A DNA stretch of 64,000 bases, taken from Planctomycetota bacterium (GTDB lineage Bacteria > Planctomycetota > Phycisphaerae > WQYP01). This document shows, piece after piece, positions 9,629 through 19,199 of the stretch. The notes under the pieces were generated by a model that was not told where the DNA came from, made no database searches, and was given only the letters and a program-made list of their open reading frames with translations. Positions within the stretch are counted from its first letter, which is position 1, and each line of letters begins with the position of its first letter. The stretch is from NCBI GenBank assembly GCA_021810145.1, contig JAJZJL010000005.1:4667-68666 (forward strand). The letters are read 5' to 3'. The position numbers and the translations under genes were made by a program.

Positions 9629-11581
9629 TTGACTAACCAGCTCGCTCCATCCATGCCACAGGGGTTTCAAGCCTGTTCGCTGATCGCTCCAGCGGATGCG
9701 GCGGTGCGGCTTTGTCTGGTCGGCCGTGCCAAGCCTGATCCGGTTACGGGGTGGTTTGTGCTGATCCGCGAAACCTTCGAGGCTCGCGTTTTTCTGGGCT
9801 GCCTGACAGATCAGCGGGGGCATGTGCTGCAATGGGTTCAAATTGCAATTCAAAGTCCTGATTTTGCCACCGACGGCCCGGAGGCGCTGCGGCAACACTG
9901 GAACAATCATCTCTTGGATATGCGATGGAAAGCCACGTGCCGGGCCGCCAGCGCCACGGCGGAAGAATCGGTGATTTCCGGATCGTGGGAAATCGATCCT
10001 CCGGTGCCAATGTTTTTTGATATCGCGGCCGGGCAATTACGCGCGTTTGTTGACCCCGATTCCGGGCAAACATGGACCCTTTGCCGGGATGATGCATTGC
10101 TGGCGGCCAATGGGTTGCCAGCTTATTCCACGAGCTTATTTCGTTACCTTCACATTCGATCCGCCGATGGGCAGGATCTGTTTCTGGCGGTGCAGGACGA
10201 TGCACCGCAGAATCAGAACGTGCAAGCTCTGCGCGATGCGGTATCAGCCCACGGATTAATACCATGGAATGCCGGCGGCTATCTGTTGCATGTTCGTCGG
10301 TTCAGCAGTTTTCCCGTGGAACATTTTCTTGACGTTCTCGGTGGCGCGACCTATGAAGGCTTGCCGGTCGGGAAGATGCCGGCTGATTTTGATCGCATCG
10401 GTGAGGTGCTGCGAGAAACGGGTGAAAAGGCGGGTTCCGGCACGGTTTTTCTGGGCCGACATGGAAAGCGCGGACGGATCATTGAAAGCTTGCATCTGAA
10501 GCTTAAGTTTCTGGCGGATGCCGTGCGGCAGACGCAGATTGCGGTCAGACATCTGCAGCGCCCGATATTGAATCTGCGGTGTTCAAGTTTTCAGGTAGAA
10601 ATGGCGGATCCTGCAGTTGCCCTGCCATTCCTTTGGACTGCGCAGGCGCGGTTGATTGATTGCGGTGACGCAACCAAACTTGAATTTGCCGATGCACATG
10701 CGGTGGTGTTCATGCGCGGCAGCAAAACCGCGCCCGGGGTTTATCAGCCGATTGTTGAAGGCCGGGATATGTCCACCGATCAGGCCGTCCTGCGCTTGCG
10801 AGGCGTAACCGCGGAGGCGGACGGTGGTTGCTTTGTTGACGGCACATTAAGCAATCTGCAATCCGTGGTTCCGCGATTGGATGATCTGGTCTGTTTGCGT
10901 GTGGGTGTTGATAATCAACGCATTCTTCTGGCTGGGGCGGTGGAATCCGATTCCGCCCTGGCAAGCGGTGAGTACCGTTTCCGGTCCATGCGGCAACCGG
11001 TAAGTCCGGCAGTCGCCGAGGCGTTGAAGACCGCGGCGGGATCTACTCTTCAGCCGGTGTGGCTGCAATGCGTTGCACGCATGGATACCGCTTATGATCT
11101 ATATTCCATTGCGGTATTGGCGTTACGGGTGCTGGTGGTTCATGCGGAGAATCCATTGCCGGTGGTGGTCGATGAGCTGCACAGCCTGGCCCGGCAGATT
11201 GCCATTGAACATGCATCGGATCGCCCTTTAGGAGCCAGAATTCTTGATGTTATTACCCGTGATTCGCGATGGAATCAATCTCTGGGATCGCACCATGTTT
11301 TTCGTTCCACTGATACAGCCGAACAGAACGGCGACCTGATTCCGTTGCAGCTCTGGGCTGAAATACTGGCGCTGGTTGTTGAGATGATTCCAGCGGCCGG
11401 ACCGGATAGTCTGTGCCGGGCATACGGTACAATCCCGCCCGCCGCGCTGGCTAATGTATTTGATCCGGTAACGGACAAACTGGATCGGCTCTTGATTCAA
11501 ACACGGAGTTTGATTGTAATTGACTGGCAGGTAAACCGGGAGGTTCACGCCGTGATCCGGCGTTTTCAGATGGGGATGTGA
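9629..11581 (+). CDS. Kinase-fold-like protein (probable pseudokinase), T6SS-locus associated
   Basis: 650-aa ORF. PILNLRCSSFQV (HRDLKP.N position), RLIDCGDA (DFG position), PGVYQP, then a long insert, then DTAYDLYSIAVLALRVL (subdomain IX). True start may be ATG 9653. Confidence 0.6.
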   Translation: MTNQLAPSMPQGFQACSLIAPADAAVRLCLVGRAKPDPVTGWFVLIRETFEARVFLGCLTDQRGHVLQWVQIAIQSPDFATDGPEALRQHWNNHLLDMRWKATCRAASATAEESVISGSWEIDPPVPMFFDIAAGQLRAFVDPDSGQTWTLCRDDALLAANGLPAYSTSLFRYLHIRSADGQDLFLAVQDDAPQNQNVQALRDAVSAHGLIPWNAGGYLLHVRRFSSFPVEHFLDVLGGATYEGLPVGKMPADFDRIGEVLRETGEKAGSGTVFLGRHGKRGRIIESLHLKLKFLADAVRQTQIAVRHLQRPILNLRCSSFQVEMADPAVALPFLWTAQARLIDCGDATKLEFADAHAVVFMRGSKTAPGVYQPIVEGRDMSTDQAVLRLRGVTAEADGGCFVDGTLSNLQSVVPRLDDLVCLRVGVDNQRILLAGAVESDSALASGEYRFRSMRQPVSPAVAEALKTAAGSTLQPVWLQCVARMDTAYDLYSIAVLALRVLVVHAENPLPVVVDELHSLARQIAIEHASDRPLGARILDVITRDSRWNQSLGSHHVFRSTDTAEQNGDLIPLQLWAEILALVVEMIPAAGPDSLCRAYGTIPPAALANVFDPVTDKLDRLLIQTRSLIVIDWQVNREVHAVIRRFQMGM

Positions 11582-11624
11582 ACGAGTCTTCCCGGTATAA
11601 ACGGCTTATACAAAAGGACGATCT

Positions 11625-12161
11625 ATGGCAAATATCTTACGAAACAGATTTGCGGCCGGTGTCATGATGATGTTGATGCTGCTGGGGTTAACGGCCTGTT
11701 CAAGCGGCCCCATTGACCGCAACACGCAATTCACCCTTGGCAAGAGCCTGCAGGTGAACAATCAATCCACCAGCACCATTGCCGTTGATCTTGTGGGCGT
11801 CAATGCCACCGATTATAAGCGCTGGTATAACTATTCGATGACCCAGTATTTCTCGGCCGGCGATCTGATGCGGTCCGGTGCCACCAAGGCAACGATAAAC
11901 TTTACCCCCGGATCATCCGCGACGCTTGTATTTTCCAGACATAATCCGATATGGAAACAATGGAAAAAAGATGGGGATACCTATCTGTTTGTACTGGCGC
12001 AGCTTCCCGGAATTCGCCAGGATATGCCCGGACCGGAAGATCCGCGCCGTCTGATTCTGCCATTGAAGAAATCGCGTTGGCCGGGATCTGCCAATCCCAT
12101 AAAAATACTGATCAAAAACAGCGGTGTAGTATGTGAAACGCCGCCAAAATCAAAGAGCTGA
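11625..12161 (+). CDS. tssJ: Lipoprotein, TssJ-like
   Basis: Lipobox LTAC; beta-rich body (IAVDLVGVN, YLFVLAQLP, RRLILPL); size and position fit TssJ; AAGGA SD. Confidence 0.6.
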   Translation: MANILRNRFAAGVMMMLMLLGLTACSSGPIDRNTQFTLGKSLQVNNQSTSTIAVDLVGVNATDYKRWYNYSMTQYFSAGDLMRSGATKATINFTPGSSATLVFSRHNPIWKQWKKDGDTYLFVLAQLPGIRQDMPGPEDPRRLILPLKKSRWPGSANPIKILIKNSGVVCETPPKSKS

Positions 12162-15100
12162 TTGTGTCATCATATTGTCGTCCAGGTATCGGGACGAGTT
12201 ATGGAATTGCCGGGTGCCCATTTTCGGTCAATATCAAACCGATCACATCATAGGCCGGCAGGCCCTGGAGATACTCTACGCGCCGGTAGATGCGGAATCA
12301 CCGGCGAGAGTGGTTCTGGCTTTTAATCAACCCGAAGATATCTGGAACGCCGCGCGCCGGCGCGCAGCGCAATCGTCATTTATTGCGCGTTACGATTTTC
12401 AGAAATTAATGGCCGGGCAGTCAACGTGCTGGGCCCGGGTTTATGAGCTTCAGACCGGTGATAATCACAGTGCGTATTGTGTGCTGGAGCGTCTGGATTG
12501 GCCCGTCAGCCGGCTGATCCGTCTGCGTGTGACTCCCACCGCGGAAGATCTTTATCATCTGGTTACGAGTGTATTGTCCGCATTGCTTGAGACGCAAAAG
12601 CTTGCCTCGCGAACCCATGGTAACCTGCGGGCCGAACATGTTCAGGCCTCCGGCGGTGCACTGGCTATGGCTCGTGTGGTTCTGACCAATCCCGCGAGCA
12701 GTGTATTTAATGCGCCGATGGCGGCTTCGGATGATCTGGCGCAATTGGGCCGGATTGTCTGCGAACTTGTGGCCGGTCGTCGCTGGACACCCACAACTCC
12801 GTTGGATCCGGGAATGGCGGAATTTAAATCTCTGGGATCGCAGGGAAAAGCATGGAGTGATTTTTGCGGTTTTCTGATTAATAAAGACTTGCCGGAGCAA
12901 CAGCGGAATATTGCCGCGGCTCTGGAGCGTACAGCCCGGTTAAAGCCCCGGAAAAGCCGCCGACCTGTTTATATTGGTTTATCCGCAGCGGCGTTGCTGG
13001 TTATCGTGGCGGCGCTGGGCTATGTGCGTCATGTTCGAACCATTGCGGAGATGTCCCGATTTAACGGTGCTTATGCGCCTTACGCCGCTGCCTATACCCG
13101 GTGGTTCAAGGCCTTTACCGCCGACCGGCAGGTCTTGGCCAAAGTCCCCGATTTTGCGCCCATCAATGCTGCGCTTGCACATGGTATTGTTTTAAATCCC
13201 GATGATATTCTCCATGAATTTACCGGACTTTTGTCGAATCAGCAGATTCAAAAGGATCTGGCCAAACATCCCCGCGAGTCGCAGAAGCTGGGGCATGCCA
13301 TTGAATTATTGATGCGCACGGAGCACATTTTCGCAACCCTGTATCCAAAATTGCGGCAGCAGAAAAGCCAGTGGCAAAAGCGCGGATGGGATTTTGCGGC
13401 CCGGAGTCTGGATCAACATGTGCTGGCGGCTATTCCGGAGGATAAATCGCTGGTGCCTTTTCTCAAGCTCTATAAAGCTTCCTGGGCAAAGCACGCAACG
13501 TTGCGGCGCTTTGCGCCCGGTACCGCTGGATTAACTCCCGCTCAGTGGCTGCAGCAGGTTGCCGGAGCACAGGGCGTCGGGCATATCTGGCCGCAACTGC
13601 AAGCTTTGCTGACGGAATTTTCTAAAACTTCCAAACCGCTGATAGCAACTTTTCCCGCTTATGCCGGAAGATACCTTGTTTCCAGTACGGATGCATCAAG
13701 CCTGCACAACCGCGCTGCCGCCCTGCTGGCTGCGGCCCGGCGGGAATCCAAAGCCTTGGCGATGTATGGAACGCAGATACGCTGGGATCTCGTTGCGCAC
13801 CTGCCGCCGCGCAGGCAGGCGCTTCCGCCGGAGAAATATTTTCCCGACCTCGCGGGGTATCGTAAACTTGCCGGGCCGAAAAATGCCTACCTGTTGTCCC
13901 ATGTTCAATTTACGCTTGAAGCCGGAAAGGTTCATCGGCGCATTCTCCACGCGTTGAAGCTTCCTAAGCCGCCTGTGGTTGATTATCAGTCGCAGTTGGA
14001 AAAAATCGTTAACTTGTTTGCCGGGATGGGTAATCATGATCTGTGGATATGGAAAAATCGCATCCATATCGAACATACCGTTATGACCGCTGAACAAAAG
14101 CTTACAACATTGAATCGAGCGGTTACGGCGTTTATTGACTCGCAAATTAATATCAAAAAATGGGTGGCGGAATTGCTTGGGTTCGAGCCGGCGGGGCAAC
14201 ACTATCGGATCAATCCGCGGGTTTTACAGATTTCCCGGAATCCCGCGGTTAATGCCGCCTATCGAAGAAAAATAGCCGCCCTTATTTTCGCACCGGCAAC
14301 GCCGCCCGGTTCCGCCCTGCGGGCCAATCAGGCGAGTTACCATTTGCTCACTTCCGTCCTGCGAAAGAGGCGCTGGCAGGTTCCGGATATCAGTAAAAAT
14401 ATTCAAACCGTACGAACCAATTTGCAAATGCTGCTTGCCCGGGATTTCCCGGTCACGGTGTCGCAGGCTTCAAGTCACTTTGGCAGGCCATGGAATAAAC
14501 TGGCGATTTCCAGCGCATTTATACCTGCCCGTACGGCAATGATTCAAAAGGCTTTTGCGGCATTATCCTGGTCCGAACTCACGCCGGTGGTTTCCCGGAA
14601 GGACGCGGCCGATTGGATGCGGCAGCGGAAAAATTTTCAACACTTTTTGACTGATTTTAACGCCATTGATGATGCATTGAACCAATGTCACCTTCCGATG
14701 GACCGTCTTGCATCGGGGGTGACAATAACGGCATTGTATCAAGCCGTACAGAAGAATCCCTGGTGGAACAACGCGGCGATTCAGTCGGCGTTAAAATCAA
14801 AACTGGCCCTGCTGCAGCAGCTTGCCGCGATTGATTCGGCGTCAGCGGTTGTGCTTCCCGCGGATTACTCGCTGGCGCTATCGGCGGGGGCGCACAAGGC
14901 GCTATTTGTGCGGGCGATCTGGCATCGGCTTGCTTCGATTCCGGTTTCGGCGGCAGATTTTCCACTGATAACGGAGCGGCGGATTCCCGGAGAACTTGAT
15001 GGTTTGCTGCGGGCCGACTCTGCGCTTGCCGCAAGCCGGAAACGGGCGTTGCTTGAAAAATTAGGTGAACAATATCCTCTTCGCTGGCAGCAGCGCATGA

Positions 15101-16551
15101 ATCAGGCTATTGCGCCGGCAACGGTAAGCGCCATGATAGCCGTCTCCCGTGATTATCGTGTGAAGCTGTCGCGATCACCGCAGCTTGATGATCTGCTGCC
15201 CTTAAAGGCTCTTCATGCCCGCGGTGCCTTTAATATTTTATTTCATCAATTTTACGTGCAATCCAAAGGAGTTAAAACGCCGCAGGTGGCGCAGAATCTG
15301 TCGGCCGGAATGGAGCATCTGCTGGCGGAAGCTTTAACCGAACCAGGTATGCAGTCCCTGCGAAGCAATGCGGAGGTGGCGGAATTTATTCATGGTTTGC
15401 AAGGGGTTGTTAAAGCCAATCCGGCGCAGTCGCAACGGCGATCCGGGCCGGCACTTGCGGGTTGGAAAGAAGCCAAGGCTCCGGGGCATGTGAGAATTTT
15501 CACCAGCCCCACCGGCAATCAAACGCTGACATTCAGGCTTATGAACCCCAATGGTCTTAAGCGATTTTACCTGTGTACGACCGACTTGAGTGTTGGCGTA
15601 TTTCTTAATGCGGTGAATTCCAGTGATAATCTGATCCGAAAACCGTCCAATTCCTTCTACAATTTGATTAAGCCAAACAGCAATTATTTTGGCCCGCATA
15701 CCTGGGTCTATCATCAAACGGTCGGGCAGGCCGCGCTGGCCCCGCACTGGTTTACCAATACGAATCAAATTTACAACGCGCCGCGCTATCCGGCGGACCT
15801 GCTGGCAAAAGCGGGGGGGCACCTGAGCAAAAAGGCCGGCGGTCCGCCAAATGTGAATGACCCGGTTCAGTATCTGCCTCCCGGTGCGGCTGTATATGTC
15901 GCGGCATTGTTAGGCTGCCGCCTGCCCACCGTCGGTGAATGGCAATACGTGTTTCAATTCAACGGTCGTAAGAATCTAGCAACCGCCCACCTGGCCGGCA
16001 GGACCCTGGCGGCTTATGTGGCGTATCTGAAACGTGTCAATTCCAGCCGCGATGCCCGGCTGCCGACGCCGCGCTATTGGGATATCTACAATTATGCTGT
16101 GCCGGCGCTGGCGCCTTTTTTGCATCAGTACAGCCATAACAGCAATCCTGTGCTCTGGTTTGAACCGGTCAATTCCGGTGCCGTTAAGAATTCCTTTGCC
16201 CATCTGGCTGGAAATGTTGCGGTGTACGTTTTTGATGGCACACCTGCCTATCGCCAGGCGTTGAAAGGCTGGATCAAAAAGCCGCAGACGCTTAACAGTG
16301 CCGCTATCACCGCATTGATAACACCGGCGGCTCTCAGGAAAATGTACGTGATCGGCGGTTCTGCGCTGGCTCCGCTGGGCACCGTATCGCCCGCTGCGCC
16401 CGAAGCAATCAATTGGCATCTGCGGCGAACGGCTCGAGGCTTTGCGGATGTCGGCATTCGACTGGCGTATGATCCAAGAGTTCTAACCCCGCAAGAGCGT
16501 CTGGCGCTTCTGATGCGAAGCAATTGGTATCTGCCGGCCAAAGGGCCGTAG
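12133..16551 (+). CDS. Membrane protein: N-terminal pseudokinase, TM, long helical periplasmic region, C-terminal FGE-sulfatase (TagR-like) domain
   Basis: THGNLRAEHV and DDLAQLGRIVCELVAG kinase remnants; TM YIGLSAAALLVIVAALGYV; FGE motifs FYLCTTDLS, CRLPTVGEWQY, HLAGNVAVYV, GFADVGIRLA. Exact start uncertain. Confidence 0.75.
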   Translation: MKRRQNQRADCVIILSSRYRDELWNCRVPIFGQYQTDHIIGRQALEILYAPVDAESPARVVLAFNQPEDIWNAARRRAAQSSFIARYDFQKLMAGQSTCWARVYELQTGDNHSAYCVLERLDWPVSRLIRLRVTPTAEDLYHLVTSVLSALLETQKLASRTHGNLRAEHVQASGGALAMARVVLTNPASSVFNAPMAASDDLAQLGRIVCELVAGRRWTPTTPLDPGMAEFKSLGSQGKAWSDFCGFLINKDLPEQQRNIAAALERTARLKPRKSRRPVYIGLSAAALLVIVAALGYVRHVRTIAEMSRFNGAYAPYAAAYTRWFKAFTADRQVLAKVPDFAPINAALAHGIVLNPDDILHEFTGLLSNQQIQKDLAKHPRESQKLGHAIELLMRTEHIFATLYPKLRQQKSQWQKRGWDFAARSLDQHVLAAIPEDKSLVPFLKLYKASWAKHATLRRFAPGTAGLTPAQWLQQVAGAQGVGHIWPQLQALLTEFSKTSKPLIATFPAYAGRYLVSSTDASSLHNRAAALLAAARRESKALAMYGTQIRWDLVAHLPPRRQALPPEKYFPDLAGYRKLAGPKNAYLLSHVQFTLEAGKVHRRILHALKLPKPPVVDYQSQLEKIVNLFAGMGNHDLWIWKNRIHIEHTVMTAEQKLTTLNRAVTAFIDSQINIKKWVAELLGFEPAGQHYRINPRVLQISRNPAVNAAYRRKIAALIFAPATPPGSALRANQASYHLLTSVLRKRRWQVPDISKNIQTVRTNLQMLLARDFPVTVSQASSHFGRPWNKLAISSAFIPARTAMIQKAFAALSWSELTPVVSRKDAADWMRQRKNFQHFLTDFNAIDDALNQCHLPMDRLASGVTITALYQAVQKNPWWNNAAIQSALKSKLALLQQLAAIDSASAVVLPADYSLALSAGAHKALFVRAIWHRLASIPVSAADFPLITERRIPGELDGLLRADSALAASRKRALLEKLGEQYPLRWQQRMNQAIAPATVSAMIAVSRDYRVKLSRSPQLDDLLPLKALHARGAFNILFHQFYVQSKGVKTPQVAQNLSAGMEHLLAEALTEPGMQSLRSNAEVAEFIHGLQGVVKANPAQSQRRSGPALAGWKEAKAPGHVRIFTSPTGNQTLTFRLMNPNGLKRFYLCTTDLSVGVFLNAVNSSDNLIRKPSNSFYNLIKPNSNYFGPHTWVYHQTVGQAALAPHWFTNTNQIYNAPRYPADLLAKAGGHLSKKAGGPPNVNDPVQYLPPGAAVYVAALLGCRLPTVGEWQYVFQFNGRKNLATAHLAGRTLAAYVAYLKRVNSSRDARLPTPRYWDIYNYAVPALAPFLHQYSHNSNPVLWFEPVNSGAVKNSFAHLAGNVAVYVFDGTPAYRQALKGWIKKPQTLNSAAITALITPAALRKMYVIGGSALAPLGTVSPAAPEAINWHLRRTARGFADVGIRLAYDPRVLTPQERLALLMRSNWYLPAKGP

Positions 16552-16899
16552 CATCGGATGGAACCTGCCGGTGATTGAGGCAAAAGATAATGGAAAATCA
16601 GATTTCCACCAGAGAAATCCCCTGCGGAGAGCGTCAATGCCACGGGTGAACGACGGTTATGCTGATGGCTCGATTTAGTGGCGATTGTCCTGCGGCGACA
16701 TTGTCGTGCCGCAGGCTGGCGCGGCTGTGAAAGAAATGGCACAGGACCGGGGCTTAACCGTGCCGCTTTTCCGCGGGTTATATTCCGGGCAATGGTTGCC
16801 TGACAAAAATCACCGGGCGCATTGGAGCATGGAAAATATTTTGACTTGTCTTGCCCGGCGGCTGGCCGAAAACCTCTACGTACGGTTACAATTCACGCC

Positions 16900-17379
16900 A
16901 TGATGCTGGAAAAGAATCATTGTGTTCGGCGTGTTGGCGGTTGGCTGTTCGGCGCTTTACTTTGTGCTTTCGTGCTTCCTCTCGGAGGATGTGTGGAGCG
17001 GTCGGTTACGCTGGTCAGCGACCCGCCGGGAAGTCTGGTATATCTCAATGATGTTGAGCAGGGAACTACGCCGTGCACGGTGCCGTTCAAATGGTACGGG
17101 GATTACAGCATTCGGCTGCGGAAAAAGCAGGACGTCGGAACGGCCCTGAAGCCTAAATATGTTTATTACTATCTGCACACGCATAAAAACATGCCACGGC
17201 CCTGGTTCCAGTGGTACGGTGTGGACCTGTTTGCAAGTATTCTGCCGATAGAATTTAAGGATCATCAGATTTGGGCGTTTATCGTGCCCAAGGTGCCTCA
17301 ATTATCAACACAGGAACTGATAAACAAAGCCAATGCACTTAAAGCCAAACTTCCACCGCCAAAGCCGGCGAGTCCGTAA
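16900..17379 (+). CDS. PEGA-domain lipoprotein
   Basis: LGGC lipobox followed by VERSVTLVSDPPGSLVYLNDVEQGTTP, a PEGA signature common in planctomycetes. Confidence 0.8.
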   Translation: MMLEKNHCVRRVGGWLFGALLCAFVLPLGGCVERSVTLVSDPPGSLVYLNDVEQGTTPCTVPFKWYGDYSIRLRKKQDVGTALKPKYVYYYLHTHKNMPRPWFQWYGVDLFASILPIEFKDHQIWAFIVPKVPQLSTQELINKANALKAKLPPPKPASP

Positions 17380-17407
17380 ATGTTAACGTGCCAATGGGAG
17401 GACGATC

Positions 17408-19177
17408 ATGCGGCGCTGTTTATATATTGTGTCTTCATTATTCGTGATGACCGGTGCCGTGGCATTTTCTGCGTCTCCGTTGTGCGCCGCTGCCCGACCT
17501 TCATTCCCCGCACCGTTGGCCGACCGCGTCCCGGCCACCGCGCAACTCTATTTTGGCTGGGCGGGGCCGGTGGCCCAATGGCCCGGCTATAAGACATCCC
17601 ATCTTCGTACTGTTTTGTCGCATACCCGTATTGCGGCGTTCGTACAAGGCAACCTGCCGATTCTGCTGCATCGTTTCGATGAATTACCCGCTGCCCGCAA
17701 TACGCAACTGCACGTTGCGGAATTCAAAAAAGTGTTCGCCATCGCATCGTTATTCATAACGCATCCTTTCGCACTTTATTTTCGCCCGATCAGCACTGGA
17801 ATTCGACATGTTCCACCGCTGCCGCAAGTGGTGCTGATGATGAATGCCGGAAAATATCCGGATGCGGTGCTGGAGATTTTTAAAAAAATGCCGCATCGGC
17901 TCTATGCTTCCGGGCCGCAAATTCGGGTGGGGGCCGTTGGCTCGATGGTTTATGCGGGAATTCATATTACATCCGGCGTGCAACGGGCGCTGGCGAAAAA
18001 AGGCGCAACGCTCTCCATGAACACCGGTTTTTGCCGTACCATGCGGTTCATGCCGGCCAATCCGGTGTCCGCGGAATTTGCGGATATAACGGCTCTGCGC
18101 CATTATGCCAATATGCTTTTGAATCAGGCACTGGGCCATATCGCGGAGGATCAAACGCCCGTCGGCAAACAGCACCGGATTATTCTCAACAGTGCCAAGT
18201 TAATTCTTAATGGACAATCGCTCGGCAACGCTACCGCTTTTGCATCCGCCAATGGCTTTTCCGGTAAGCAATGGCTCGATGCCTCTTTTCTGGCGATGCG
18301 CCATGCCGCGGTAAAATCCAGGCCGGGGGCCTCGGATATGCTGGCCATGGCTCCCGAAGACTCACCGAATGTTACGGTTTCGCATTTGAATCTCGGAGCA
18401 TTCGTCAGTACGGTAAAAACGTATATGGAGGCCGCCAGTCCGCAGATTCGCCGCAGAATTAAGCAGACGTTGGTGATGGTCAATGGCATTACCGGCGTGG
18501 ATGTGGAAAAGGATCTGATCAATACATTTGGCCCGTACTGGCTGACTTATCAAAGCACGGCCATGCCGATCAGCAGTTCTTTTGGTCAGATTGTAATTAA
18601 CAAGTTGTTGCATCCAAAGCGATTGTCGCGGGCTTTGCAAACTTTAACGCCCATGGCTCTGCTGGCGGTCAATGCCGCCATGCGGCAGCGCGGCTATACC
18701 GGTAAGCCGGCGCAATTGCGCATTCTGCATTCCCATGGCGCGGTTATTTATTACATCAACGCGCATGGTATCATGCCGGCGTGGACGATTTACCACGGCT
18801 GCTTTTATTTTTCGGCCTATCCACGCCCGATTCAAGTGGCGCTTGCGCGTAAGGCCGGTGCGCGGTCCATTCTGGATAATAAAAAATTCATCGCATTGCA
18901 AAAGCAGCTTGGCTGTACGCGTGATTACACCAACGCCGCGTATGTGGATGCGCCTCGACTCCTGCCATCCGCATACACGGCCATTACCACACAAGCCGCA
19001 ACCTATTCACTGCTTCTGGGGTTGCAGTTGCATCCGCCGATCGGGTCGCTTATTCCGCGGCTGTCTGATTTACGAAATGCCACCACTGTATCCGGATCGG
19101 TAACCTGGACGGACAAGGCTGGCTGGCACAGCCGCCGCATTTCCGGCTATCCCGGCAGCAGTATGTTCGCGCCGTAA
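17408..19177 (+). CDS. Exported hypothetical protein (possibly DUF3352-like)
   Basis: 589-aa ORF with signal peptide and GGAGG SD; PLADRVPATAQLYFGW and GVDVEKDLINTFG resemble planctomycete DUF3352-like proteins. Confidence 0.6.
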   Translation: MRRCLYIVSSLFVMTGAVAFSASPLCAAARPSFPAPLADRVPATAQLYFGWAGPVAQWPGYKTSHLRTVLSHTRIAAFVQGNLPILLHRFDELPAARNTQLHVAEFKKVFAIASLFITHPFALYFRPISTGIRHVPPLPQVVLMMNAGKYPDAVLEIFKKMPHRLYASGPQIRVGAVGSMVYAGIHITSGVQRALAKKGATLSMNTGFCRTMRFMPANPVSAEFADITALRHYANMLLNQALGHIAEDQTPVGKQHRIILNSAKLILNGQSLGNATAFASANGFSGKQWLDASFLAMRHAAVKSRPGASDMLAMAPEDSPNVTVSHLNLGAFVSTVKTYMEAASPQIRRRIKQTLVMVNGITGVDVEKDLINTFGPYWLTYQSTAMPISSSFGQIVINKLLHPKRLSRALQTLTPMALLAVNAAMRQRGYTGKPAQLRILHSHGAVIYYINAHGIMPAWTIYHGCFYFSAYPRPIQVALARKAGARSILDNKKFIALQKQLGCTRDYTNAAYVDAPRLLPSAYTAITTQAATYSLLLGLQLHPPIGSLIPRLSDLRNATTVSGSVTWTDKAGWHSRRISGYPGSSMFAP

Positions 19178-19199
19178 TGATGTCACGCCGTGGCGCGGA

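Noticed and set aside
15500-16551. Diversity-generating retroelement target (FGE/CLec domain)
   Set aside because: No reverse transcriptase and no template-repeat copy of the 3' end was seen in the window.
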